A stretch of 64,000 nucleotides of DNA from an uncultured Gemmatimonadales bacterium. GTDB lineage: Bacteria > Gemmatimonadota > Gemmatimonadetes > Gemmatimonadales > GWC2-71-9. A program made the translations under genes and the position numbers. Every line of letters starts with the position of its first letter. The stretch's first letter is position 1. Shown piece by piece: positions 31,908 through 40,730 of this stretch. The notes under the pieces are model-generated. The model saw only the letters and a program-made list of their open reading frames with translations. It searched no databases and was not told where the DNA came from. The DNA lies in contig CAVSQW010000012.1 in NCBI GenBank assembly GCA_963730185.1, positions 96,001 through 160,000 of the forward strand. The letters are read 5' to 3'.

Positions 31908-33436
31908 GGGGTGTCTCCGTACTTCCGGAGGTGCGCCCGCCGGGCCGCCGCCATCCAATCGTCACGCCGAATCCGGTGCCCCACCGCCCCGAGCGCCCGG
32001 GCGAAGCGCTCGATGTCGGCTTCGCTCCACCCGGCGATGTCCCGGAACCGGTAGACTCCGCGGACGTTGAGGCGCCGGGCCAGGATCGGCCCAATCCCCT
32101 TGATCGCCGTCAGGTCGTCGGCATCCGGCGCGGCGTGGCCGTTGGCGTGCCGACGGTGCCCGTTGCCGCCGTTGCCCCGCCGCGCGGCCACCCGGGCGGC
32201 GAGGGCGTGCTCGAGCTCCCGCCGGCGCCGCTCCAGCCCGCCGACCAGCTGCTCGTTCTCGGTCGCGAGGCGGCGGAACCGCCGATCCCGATCGCGCCAT
32301 TCGGCCCGGAGGGTTTCGACCTCGTGCGCCCGCCGGCCCTCGCGACCGAGGGCGTCGTCGCGCTCCCGCGCCGTCTGCGCCATCCGGCGCTCGAGGGCCG
32401 CGATCCGCTGGTCGCGGTCGGCGATCTCAGGCTCGAGCCGTTCCAGGCCGGCGATCCGTGACCGGAGGATCCGGAGCGAGTTCTGGTGCTCCCGCTCGGC
32501 GTCGACCAGGCGCCGCTCGGCTTCGTCGCGCTCGAAGAGCGCCGCGCGGAGCAGCGCCTCCCGATCCTCGAGCTGGCGAACCAACGAGTCGAGACGCTCC
32601 ATCCGGGCCCGGAGGGAGCCGAGCTCCGCGTCCTTGGCGGCCACGTCGTCCTGGCGGGCCACCTCCTCCTGTCGGATCCGGGTGCGGGCGTCCCTGAGCT
32701 CGGTCGCCATTCGCTCCGCTTCGACGGTGGCCGCGTCGCGCTCGGCGGCGAGGGCTTCCATTTCCCGGGTCAGGTCGTCGACCTGGGCGCCGAGCGCGTC
32801 AGTCTCCCGCCGGGACCGAACGACCAGGGCGTTAGCGGCTCGGATCGCGGCCCGCTGGCCATCGAGCTCGCGCTGTCCCTCGTCCCGGGCGCGGTTCAGC
32901 TGACCGTCGAGCGACTCCACCCGGGCAGCCAGGCGGGTCACTTCGGACTGGAGCCCGATCCGCAACCGATCGAGTTCGCCCACCCGCCGGGTCAGGGTCT
33001 CCCGCTCGCGCTCTGCCTCAGCGAGCTCCGCCTCCCGGGTGGCCAGCGTGTCGCGCAGGGGCGCCAGCTCGGCGACCTCCCGTTCCCGGGCGGCAAGGGT
33101 GTCGGTGGCCAGGTCGGCCTCCGCCCCAGCACGCTCGAGGCGATCGAGCGCCGTCCGGAGCTCCGCCGTCCGCTCATCGAGGGCGTGCCGGGAGGCCGAC
33201 AACCCGGCCTCTACGGTCCCGAGCCGGCTCCGGAGGGTCTTGATCTCGTCGCCCGACCGCGAGGTTTCCCGCCGGGCCACCTCGGCCGCCAACGTTTCGA
33301 CCTTGAGGCGGTCTTCCCAGAGCCGGGTCTGAAGGGCGTAGGCCCGACGGGAGTTGGCGCGGGCCACCAGCCAGCCGGCGCACGTGCCCAAGGCGAGCAG
33401 GGCGGCGAGGAGTCCCGCGACGACTTCAATCGGCAT
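31904..33436 (-). CDS. Membrane-anchored long coiled-coil protein with C-terminal helix-hairpin-helix domain
   Basis: N-terminal TM, ~400-aa heptad-rich region, DDLTAIKGIGP..L...G..RF.DIA.W. Confidence 0.8.
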   Translation of the reverse strand: MPIEVVAGLLAALLALGTCAGWLVARANSRRAYALQTRLWEDRLKVETLAAEVARRETSRSGDEIKTLRSRLGTVEAGLSASRHALDERTAELRTALDRLERAGAEADLATDTLAAREREVAELAPLRDTLATREAELAEAERERETLTRRVGELDRLRIGLQSEVTRLAARVESLDGQLNRARDEGQRELDGQRAAIRAANALVVRSRRETDALGAQVDDLTREMEALAAERDAATVEAERMATELRDARTRIRQEEVARQDDVAAKDAELGSLRARMERLDSLVRQLEDREALLRAALFERDEAERRLVDAEREHQNSLRILRSRIAGLERLEPEIADRDQRIAALERRMAQTARERDDALGREGRRAHEVETLRAEWRDRDRRFRRLATENEQLVGGLERRRRELEHALAARVAARRGNGGNGHRRHANGHAAPDADDLTAIKGIGPILARRLNVRGVYRFRDIAGWSEADIERFARALGAVGHRIRRDDWMAAARRAHLRKYGDTP

Positions 33437-33439
33437 GGC

Positions 33440-34693
33440 TCATCGCAGTCCGGGTCGTTGGGCCAGGGTCTGGTCGTCGTGGACCACGCGGCCGGCCTTC
33501 ATCACCAGCAGAACCCGTTGGAGGGCGGTGATGTCATCGAGCGGGTTGCCGTCGACCACGATCAGGTCGGCCTGCATCCCGGGCTCGATGGCGCCGATCC
33601 GATCGGCGAGCCCCAAGGCGGTCGCGTTGGTGGACGTGGCCGCGACGATCGCGTCCATCGCCTTCTGCCCCGCCTGGCGGACCCGGCAGACGAGGTCTTC
33701 GGCGTTGTGCCCGTGGGCGCCGGCCACGGCGTCGGTCCCGAAGACCAGCTTGAGGTCGGGCGTCGCCAGCGCCTGGCGGATCACGGCCACCGCCACCGGG
33801 ATGGCCTGCTCCATGGCCTCGAATCCCTCGGCGGTGAAGTTCCCGATCCCCTGGAACCAGTTCCGGTGGTCGAGGTAGTTCCGAAAGATCAGCGAGCACT
33901 GAGGATCGAAATAGGTCCCTCGCTGGGCCATCAGCCGGAGCACTTCGGGGGTGGCAAAGACCCCGTGCTCGACCTGATCGCAGCCCGCCAGGGTGACGGC
34001 CTGCATGCTCGCGGCACTGTGGGCGTGGACCACGGTGCGCAGACCCTGGGCATGCGCTTCCCCGCACAGGGCCTGGAGCTGCGCGTCGCTCATCGTCTGC
34101 GCCCCGCCGTCCCGAATGCTTTTCGACGCGAAGATCTTGATCAGGTCGGCGCCGGCCCGGGCCCGGGCCCGGACCAGCTCCCGGAGCGAGTCGGGCGAGA
34201 GCGAGGCGTCGGCGATCGGGTCGAGCGACGTCAGGATCCGAGGGCCGGTCAGACCGCCGTCGGCGATCCAGTCGCGGAGGTCCCGGTCATCGGCCGAGCC
34301 GACGCTCTGCACCGTGGTGAAGCCGGCCGCCAGAGTGCGGGCGGCATTGGCCGCCTCGGAGAGCGCGACCTGGGCGGGGGTATCGCCGTCGCGACCGGTG
34401 TGCATCCGGCCGGCCCGGTTCACGTAGGCGGTGATATGGACGTGGACGTCGATCAGACCCGGGAGGAGCGTCGCGTCGTCGAAGCGGAAGGTCGGGTGCT
34501 CGATCGGTCGCGGCTCGAGCCGAAGGATCCGACTTCGATCCACGAAGACGGTGACGTGCCGCATCTGGCCACCCCGCCCGTCGAACAGGCGATCGACGAC
34601 GATGGTGACCGGCTGGTCGCGTCGCTGCGCCGCGAGCGGCGGTGCCAGCAGCGCGACGGCCGCGAGCAGGGCGAAGGGGCGAACGGTGCGCAT
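33440..34693 (-). CDS. Amidohydrolase family protein (secreted)
   Basis: PGLIDVHVH, IKIFA, HAH, VEHG, FGTDA, G.I.PG..ADL. Confidence 0.9.
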   Translation of the reverse strand: MRTVRPFALLAAVALLAPPLAAQRRDQPVTIVVDRLFDGRGGQMRHVTVFVDRSRILRLEPRPIEHPTFRFDDATLLPGLIDVHVHITAYVNRAGRMHTGRDGDTPAQVALSEAANAARTLAAGFTTVQSVGSADDRDLRDWIADGGLTGPRILTSLDPIADASLSPDSLRELVRARARAGADLIKIFASKSIRDGGAQTMSDAQLQALCGEAHAQGLRTVVHAHSAASMQAVTLAGCDQVEHGVFATPEVLRLMAQRGTYFDPQCSLIFRNYLDHRNWFQGIGNFTAEGFEAMEQAIPVAVAVIRQALATPDLKLVFGTDAVAGAHGHNAEDLVCRVRQAGQKAMDAIVAATSTNATALGLADRIGAIEPGMQADLIVVDGNPLDDITALQRVLLVMKAGRVVHDDQTLAQRPGLR

Positions 34694-34852
34694 CCGAAGT
34701 CTCAACGTAACGTAAGCTCGTCACGGCAACCACGACCAGTCGACCTCCGGGCCGGTGCTCCGGCGACGCCGCGTGCGGCGGAAGGACGAGGAGGCAAGCG
34801 CTCCGTCGCCCCCGACCGGAGCCCCTGCTCTATCGAGCGGCCGGCGGAAGGA

Positions 34853-36292
34853 TCAGAACTGGCCCCAGAGGTACTGGTTGGTCACCTCATGATGGAACTG
34901 AATCTCGGGCACCTTGATCAGGGACCCGAGCGCCTTGGGGCAACGCTCCGCGGACGCCAGCTTGAGGTCGGCGTACTTCTTGTGGACCGGATCGCCGAGC
35001 AGGTCCGCCGCGTACTTGGAGCTCTTGAACAGCCGGATGGCGTCGAAGACGTTGTCGGGCAGGAACTTGGTTCGATCCCGCTTCTTGTCGCCGTTGTCCC
35101 GGTCGATCGGCCCCTCAAGGCCGGTCCGAATCAAGGAGTAGATGGCCAGGTAGGGGTTGGCGTCGGGCCCGATCGACCGGACCTCGATCCGGGCCGACTT
35201 CTCGTTGCCGATCGGGATCCGGACCATCGACCCCCGGTCGACGGCGGAGGCCTTGATCTGGTTCGGAGCCTCGAAATGGGGATCCAGCCGCCGGTAGGCG
35301 TTCACGCTCGGGTTGAGCACCAGACAGAGCTCCTGACCGCTGCTCAGAATCCGGTCGATGAACTTCCACCCCATCTTGGACAGCCTGTCCTGTCCCTTGG
35401 CGTCGTAGAAGAGGTTCTTGCCCTTCTGGCTGACCGACAGGTTGGTGTGCATGCCGGAGCCGTTGACGCCGGTCACCGGCTTCGGCAGGAAGCTGGCGGT
35501 CATGTCCATCTTCGCGGCCACCTGGCGGCAGACGAGCTTGTAGAGCAGCACCTGGTCGGCGGCGATGCTGGCCTCGGTGTAGCCGTAGTTCATCTCGAAC
35601 TGCGACGGCGCCACCTCGGGGTGGTCCTTCTCGTTGCCGAAGCCCATGGCCCGCTGGACCTCGGCCGCGGTGTCGATGAAGCGGCGGAGGAGGTCACCGG
35701 GCAGCGAGTGGTAGTAGCCGCCGGTGGACGGGAACTCGAACTTCCGGGTCTCGTGGTAGCGGCGCTCGGCGTCCCGGCCGGCGAAGAGGAAGCCCTCGAT
35801 CTCGTTGGCGGCATTGCAGGTATATCCCTGCTTCCGGTAGAGCTGATCGAGGTAGGCCTTGAGACGGGCCCGAAGATCGCCGACGTAGGGGGTGCCGTCC
35901 TTCTCGAGCACCTCACCGAAGACCAGCACCTTGCCGGGCCCGAAGACGTCGGACGGCATCCAGTAGAAGGCCGGCCAATCGATCCCCAGCCGCAGGTCGG
36001 ACTCCGACTGGGCCGAGAAGCCTCGGATGGACGATCCGTCGAAGGTCAGATTGTCGGCCGTCTTGAGGAGGAACTTCTTGTCGTAATCGAGCACGTGGAG
36101 CCGGCCCTCGAGGTCGGCGAAGCAGACGGTCACGGCTTTGATCCGCTTTTCATCGGCGAGGTACTTCATCCGCGCCTCGCGGACCTTGTCGGGCGAGGTC
36201 CGGGCCAGGCGCTGGGCCTTGGCCTCGAGGTTCATCTCTTCGAGCTGGTCGTACGGGATCTCCAGGAAGTCGCGGAGGGGGGAGCCGTCCAT
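34853..36292 (-). CDS. glnA: Glutamine synthetase (type I family)
   Basis: FDGSSI, EIE, HPEVAPSQFE, NGSGMHTN, NAYRRL..FEAP, RIEVR..PDANPYL. Confidence 0.9.
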   Translation of the reverse strand: MDGSPLRDFLEIPYDQLEEMNLEAKAQRLARTSPDKVREARMKYLADEKRIKAVTVCFADLEGRLHVLDYDKKFLLKTADNLTFDGSSIRGFSAQSESDLRLGIDWPAFYWMPSDVFGPGKVLVFGEVLEKDGTPYVGDLRARLKAYLDQLYRKQGYTCNAANEIEGFLFAGRDAERRYHETRKFEFPSTGGYYHSLPGDLLRRFIDTAAEVQRAMGFGNEKDHPEVAPSQFEMNYGYTEASIAADQVLLYKLVCRQVAAKMDMTASFLPKPVTGVNGSGMHTNLSVSQKGKNLFYDAKGQDRLSKMGWKFIDRILSSGQELCLVLNPSVNAYRRLDPHFEAPNQIKASAVDRGSMVRIPIGNEKSARIEVRSIGPDANPYLAIYSLIRTGLEGPIDRDNGDKKRDRTKFLPDNVFDAIRLFKSSKYAADLLGDPVHKKYADLKLASAERCPKALGSLIKVPEIQFHHEVTNQYLWGQF

Positions 36293-36299
36293 GGGGGCC

Positions 36300-36410
36300 T
36301 CGATTTTCGCTAGTTGCTGCGCAGAATAGCCAACGGATATGGCGCGCTAATATAGTTGTCGCATGATTTAAGTCAAATCGGCACAAATTTACACTAAATC
36401 CGACTATGGA
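36300..36410. promoter_or_regulatory. AT-rich divergent promoter region upstream of glnA
   Basis: Marked drop in GC; inverted repeat GATTT-aagtc-AAATC near 36365-36379. Confidence 0.5.
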
Positions 36411-36492
36411 TGAGGACGAGAGTCGGTCGCGACCCCGGGGGGAGCGGGCGGGCACCGACTACCTTTCGGCCAGCCTCCAAATGGAGATCGCG

Positions 36493-36864
36493 ATGCCCCC
36501 GAAGCTCAGCAGCAGGCAGCTCACCAAGTTGGCGATCCTGGAGACGTTTCCGGCGAAATTCGATCACATCCATCGGGCCATCGAGGAGCTGGGGACACTC
36601 CGTGTCGACGAGTCGCTGGTGCGCCGGCTGGCTCGGATGTTGGACGAGATGAAAGCGGGGGCCGCGTCGATCGGCGAGGGGGCACTGGCCGAGACGCTGG
36701 GCATCATGGGGACCTTGGCCCGCCGGGGGGGCGGGCATCAGATGAAGATGCGGGGGCTTCGGGAATCGTTCGGCTCCCTCAAGACCAACTTCGAGGGAGC
36801 CATGAAGGCGGCGACCCGGGAGGAGACGGCCGCGGAGGAGGAGGAGCCTACCGCTTCTCCTTGA
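36493..36864 (+). CDS. Hypothetical helical protein, HPt-fold-like but lacking the phospho-His
   Basis: GGAG RBS; RMLDEMKAGAASIG..LAE aligns by eye to the HPt motif RxxHxLKGxAAxLG. Confidence 0.7.
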   Translation: MPPKLSSRQLTKLAILETFPAKFDHIHRAIEELGTLRVDESLVRRLARMLDEMKAGAASIGEGALAETLGIMGTLARRGGGHQMKMRGLRESFGSLKTNFEGAMKAATREETAAEEEEPTASP

Positions 36865-37006
36865 GCAGCTTGTCGACGATGGGCCCGGAGATGAGGGTGA
36901 CCATCGAGTTGACCAGGACGCCGATGAGGAGCGTAACGAAGGTCAGGGCGCAGAGGATCATCCCCGCCCCGAGCCCCGCAAAGACCCGCCACAAGAGTTG
37001 CGACAT
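36848..37006 (-). CDS. Small hydrophobic membrane protein (52 aa; below ORF-track cutoff)
   Basis: MSQLLWRVFAGLGAGMILCALTFVTLLIGVLVNSMVTLISGPIVDKLLKEKR*; GC3-biased codons. Confidence 0.65.
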   Translation of the reverse strand: MSQLLWRVFAGLGAGMILCALTFVTLLIGVLVNSMVTLISGPIVDKLLKEKR

Positions 37007-37110
37007 TGGTACCGGCCTGGTCCGGATGAGTCGTGAGCCCTTATTCTACAGTGACGTGCCCTCCCCGGGCAACCGAAGCCGTCCCCCCTGGGTTTTTGGA
37101 GGTTCCGACC

Positions 37111-37707
37111 ATGATTCGACGCATCGTCCCCCTGCTCCTGCTATCGGCCGCCCCGGCTCTGTACGCCCAGGGCCTTCCCTCCGGTTGGATGGCCCGTCCC
37201 GACCGGGGTGACGCCTCGGGTGTGCATTTCATCACCATGGGGCCGGGCTTCCACGTCCATCCGGGCACCGCCGCCGTGCTCTATCGGGAGAGCGACAAGG
37301 TCACCGGAAAATTCCACGCGGTCGTGAAGTTCGTGCAGACCAAGGCGCCGACCCATCCCGAGGGCTACGGCATGTTCTTCGGCGGGTCGGACCTCCAGGG
37401 GCCGAACCAGAAGTACACCTACTTCCTGGTCCGCGGCGACGGGAAGTACCTGGTCAAGACGCGCGAAGGCGACGAGACCTCGAGCGTGGTCGGGTGGACG
37501 GACTCCGACGCGATCGCCAAACAGGACGCCGACGGCCAGTGCACCAACACCGTCGAGATCGACGCGACCGGCGCCAAAGTCGCCTTCAAGGTGAATGGGA
37601 AGACGGTCTACGAGATGGACGCCCCGAGCCGCGACGGGATCGTTGGGCTCCGGGTGAATCATAACCTTGACTTGCATCTGGACGGCTTTGGCGTCCACCA
37701 GATGTGA
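37111..37707 (+). CDS. Secreted hypothetical beta-sandwich protein
   Basis: GGAGG RBS, signal peptide (LYA-Q), HPEGYG.FFGG, Y.YFLVRGDGKYL, GLRVNHNLD. Confidence 0.8.
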   Translation: MIRRIVPLLLLSAAPALYAQGLPSGWMARPDRGDASGVHFITMGPGFHVHPGTAAVLYRESDKVTGKFHAVVKFVQTKAPTHPEGYGMFFGGSDLQGPNQKYTYFLVRGDGKYLVKTREGDETSSVVGWTDSDAIAKQDADGQCTNTVEIDATGAKVAFKVNGKTVYEMDAPSRDGIVGLRVNHNLDLHLDGFGVHQM

Positions 37708-37911
37708 GGTAGGGATTAGTGAGTTGGGAGTCGTGATTAGGGAGTGAGTGGTGAGTGGGCGATAGTGTTTTCACGGACGCCTGGTCACGACTCGCTCCCC
37801 GATCGCCACTCACGGGCCTCCTCCTCCGCACCTACTCACGACCTACTCCCAACTCCCTCCCTATTCACCACTCCCGAATCCCAATTCACCACTCCGACTC
37901 CCTAATCACTC
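37704..37911. repeat. Degenerate heptamer tandem repeats in two inverted arms
   Basis: Left arm NG(T/G)GA(G/T)T units, right arm complementary; GTGATTAGGGAGT (37733-37745) pairs with 37897-37909. Confidence 0.8.
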
Positions 37912-39035
37912 GCTTTGATCTCCGTCCAGATTCGATCCCAGAGCGCCGTGTCTCTCCCCAGATCTCTCTGGTACTCGAGTCGGGCCAGCTCCTCGTCCGA
38001 CGGGTAGGCCATCTTCGCCTTGGTGAGCGGCACTGCGGCGTGGTTGGGCGTGCCGTAGCCGGTCTTGTCGGCGATCCGGGCGGCCACCTCGGGACGGAGG
38101 ACGTAGTTCATGAACTCGTGGGCCGCCCGCGGGTGATCGGCGGTCCGCGGCAAGACCATCGCGTCGACGAAGATCATGCTGCCCTCTTTCGGCAGGGCGA
38201 ACTCGATCGCCGGTTGCTCGGCCCGGGCCTGCGCGGCGTCGCCGTTCCAGAGCTGCGAGATCCAGACGTCGCCGGTGATCAGCTGGCCTTTGACGGTCGC
38301 GGAGATGAAGGCCCGGAGATTGGCCTTGGCGGCAATGGCGTCGGTACGGGCCTGGGCGAGCTCGGACGGGTCGACCGAGTTGAGCGAGTGGCCCCGGTAC
38401 GTGAGGAACGCCCCGATCACGTCGCGCAGGTCGTCCAGCATGGTCATCTTGCCGGCGTAGGTCGGATCGAGAAAGATCTCCCAGCTGTCCGGCGCCTGGG
38501 CCACCCGGTCGCGCCGCCAGGCGATGCCGGTCATGCCCCATTGGTACGGCACCGAATGTTCGTTGCCGCGGTCCCAGACCGGATCGCGGAACAGGGGCGC
38601 GACGTTGTCCCAGTTGGTGAGGTACTTCCGGTTGAGCGGCGCCACCAGGTCGTTGGCGAAGAGGACCGGAAAGACGTAGCTCGACGGCACGACCACGTCG
38701 TAGCCGCTGGCGCCGGCCAGCAGCTTGGCCACCATGTCCTCGTTGCTCTCGTAGGTGTCGACCACCACCTTGACGTTGAACTCGCGCTCGAAGTCGGGAA
38801 CGGTGCGGTCGGCGAGGTAATCCGACCAGATGTATATGTTGAGCCGGTCTTCGATCGGGCCCAGGTCGCCGCCGGCCCTGGCCGGCGGCCGCTTTCCGCC
38901 GCAGGCCTCGAGCACCAGGCCCAGGAGGCCAACCCCCGCCCCGGCCTTCAGTCCAGCTGCGACGAAGGTCCGACGGTCGATGGTCCCCCGTCGGAGCCCG
39001 TTCAACAGGCGGTCGAGACTGGAGGTGTCGGTCAT
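37902..39035 (-). CDS. potD: Spermidine/putrescine ABC transporter substrate-binding protein
   Basis: RR-containing signal and LEAC; LNIYIWSDY, YESNE, YDVVVPS, PYQWG.TG, PKEG. Confidence 0.92.
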   Translation of the reverse strand: MTDTSSLDRLLNGLRRGTIDRRTFVAAGLKAGAGVGLLGLVLEACGGKRPPARAGGDLGPIEDRLNIYIWSDYLADRTVPDFEREFNVKVVVDTYESNEDMVAKLLAGASGYDVVVPSSYVFPVLFANDLVAPLNRKYLTNWDNVAPLFRDPVWDRGNEHSVPYQWGMTGIAWRRDRVAQAPDSWEIFLDPTYAGKMTMLDDLRDVIGAFLTYRGHSLNSVDPSELAQARTDAIAAKANLRAFISATVKGQLITGDVWISQLWNGDAAQARAEQPAIEFALPKEGSMIFVDAMVLPRTADHPRAAHEFMNYVLRPEVAARIADKTGYGTPNHAAVPLTKAKMAYPSDEELARLEYQRDLGRDTALWDRIWTEIKASD

Positions 39036-39063
39036 CGGCAGACCTCGGCGCTGGAAGAGACGG

Positions 39064-39852
39064 TCAGCGGGCGGCGAGCGGGTGGTCGGCGCGGAACCGA
39101 TCGGCCAGGTAGAGCAGCACCGCCGTTACCAGCACGATAATGGTGCTGACCGCATTGACGCTGGGCTCGATGTTCCGTCGCACCATCCCGTAGACCACCA
39201 CCGGGAGGGTCGACGACCCGGATCCGGCCACGAACGAGGTGATGACGTAGTCGTCGAACGACATCGTGAAGGCCAGCAGGGCGCCGGCCACGATCCCGGG
39301 CGCGAGCTGCGGCAAGGTAACCTTCCAGAAAGCGCTCCACTCGTCGGCCCCGAGGATCAACGCCGCCTCCTCGAGGCTCCGATCCATGCCCCGAAGACGG
39401 GCACCCACCACCACGGTCACGAACGAGATGCAGAAGGCCACATGGGCCACGGTGATGGTGCCCAGCCCGAGCGGCACCCCGACCAGGGCGAACAAGCTGA
39501 GGAGCGAGATCCCCATGATGATCTCGGGGGTGACCAGGGGCAGATAGAGGAGGCTCTCCACGGCCTGGCGGCCCCGGAACCGAAGGCGCGCCAGCGCCAG
39601 CGCCATCAAGGTCCCCAGGGCCGTCGACACCGCCGTGGCCACCAGGCCGACGACCAGACTCCGCCCCAACCCGGCCAGAATGTCGTCTCGGGTCAGGAGC
39701 CGCCGATACCATTCCAGCGTGAAGCCGGTCCAGCTGACCGAGAACTTCGAGCGGTTGAACGAGAACACCGCCAGGGCGACGACCGGGGCATGGAGGAAGA
39801 GATACACCAGGGTCGCCAGGGCGGCGACCCACCGAGGCACCCGGCGGGTCAC
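39064..39852 (-). CDS. potC: Polyamine ABC transporter permease
   Basis: FSFN..W.GFTLEWY, PLVTPEI, LEEAA..LGA, FTMSFDDY. Confidence 0.92.
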   Translation of the reverse strand: MTRRVPRWVAALATLVYLFLHAPVVALAVFSFNRSKFSVSWTGFTLEWYRRLLTRDDILAGLGRSLVVGLVATAVSTALGTLMALALARLRFRGRQAVESLLYLPLVTPEIIMGISLLSLFALVGVPLGLGTITVAHVAFCISFVTVVVGARLRGMDRSLEEAALILGADEWSAFWKVTLPQLAPGIVAGALLAFTMSFDDYVITSFVAGSGSSTLPVVVYGMVRRNIEPSVNAVSTIIVLVTAVLLYLADRFRADHPLAAR

Positions 39853-40730
39853 GAGATCTCCACCTCGCCCAGGTCCCGCCGGCGGAGATAGGCCAGCACG
39901 GGCACGAGCACCAGGATCATCAGCACGAAGGACGCCGCCGAGCCGAACGGCCAGTCCCGCGCCACCGTGAACTGATTCTGGATCAGGTTGCCGATCATCA
40001 CCTGCTTGGCCCCGCCCAGCAGGTCGCTGGTGACGAATGAGCCCAGCGCCGGGATGAAGACCAGGAGCGATCCCGCCACCACGCCGGGCATCGAGAGCGG
40101 CAGGATGACCCTGGTGAACCGGGCCCAGGGCCGGGCGCCCAGCACTTCCGCCGCTTCGAGCAGGGCGTCGTCGAGCTTCTCCAGCGAGGCATAGATCGGG
40201 AGAATCATCAGGGGCAGGAAGCCATAGACCAGCCCGAGGACGACGGCGAAGGGCGTGTACAGCATCGCGATCGGCCGGTCGATCAGACCCACCGCCTGCA
40301 ACACCGTGTTGACAAAGCCGGTGTCGCGGAGGAGGAAGATCATCGCGAACATCCGGACCAGGAAGCTGGTCCAGAACGGCAAGACCACGAGAAAGAGGAG
40401 CCGCGACCGCCACCGGCCGGCCCGGGCGATGCAAAACGCGACCGGATAGCCGAGCCCGAGGCAGAGGGCCGTGCAAGCGAGCGACCAGAGCAGTGTTCGC
40501 CGGAGAATGCCGAGGTAGAGGGGATCGAAGAAGCGGCGATACTGCCGGGTAGTGAGCTCGGCGATCACGCCGCCGTAGGTGCCGCGCTCCATGAGGCTGT
40601 AGGCGAGCATGATCGCGATCGGGACGGCGAAGAAGAGGAGGAGCCAGAGCGCTCCCGGTCCCAGCAGCGCGATCCCGCGCGCGCCCGGCCGCCCGGCGAA
40701 CCATCCGAGGAGGCGGCGGCGCCGGCTCAC
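39849..40730 (-). CDS. potB: Polyamine ABC transporter permease
   Basis: LPFWTSFLVR, LPLMILPIY, LLEAA..LGA, LLGG, DWPFGSA. Confidence 0.92.
   Translation of the reverse strand: MSRRRRLLGWFAGRPGARGIALLGPGALWLLLFFAVPIAIMLAYSLMERGTYGGVIAELTTRQYRRFFDPLYLGILRRTLLWSLACTALCLGLGYPVAFCIARAGRWRSRLLFLVVLPFWTSFLVRMFAMIFLLRDTGFVNTVLQAVGLIDRPIAMLYTPFAVVLGLVYGFLPLMILPIYASLEKLDDALLEAAEVLGARPWARFTRVILPLSMPGVVAGSLLVFIPALGSFVTSDLLGGAKQVMIGNLIQNQFTVARDWPFGSAASFVLMILVLVPVLAYLRRRDLGEVEIS

Noticed and set aside
34853..36292. Glutamine synthetase homolog as a PuuA-like gamma-glutamylputrescine synthetase, given the nearby pot/gabT genes
   Set aside because: It retains the DGSS and FEAP ammonium-site motifs typical of true glutamine synthetases
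32486..36313. 1275-aa plus-strand ORF, and other long ORFs such as 6947-9127 and 13157-14965
   Set aside because: Antisense shadows of real genes, expected from high-GC3 codon bias; no recognisable motifs
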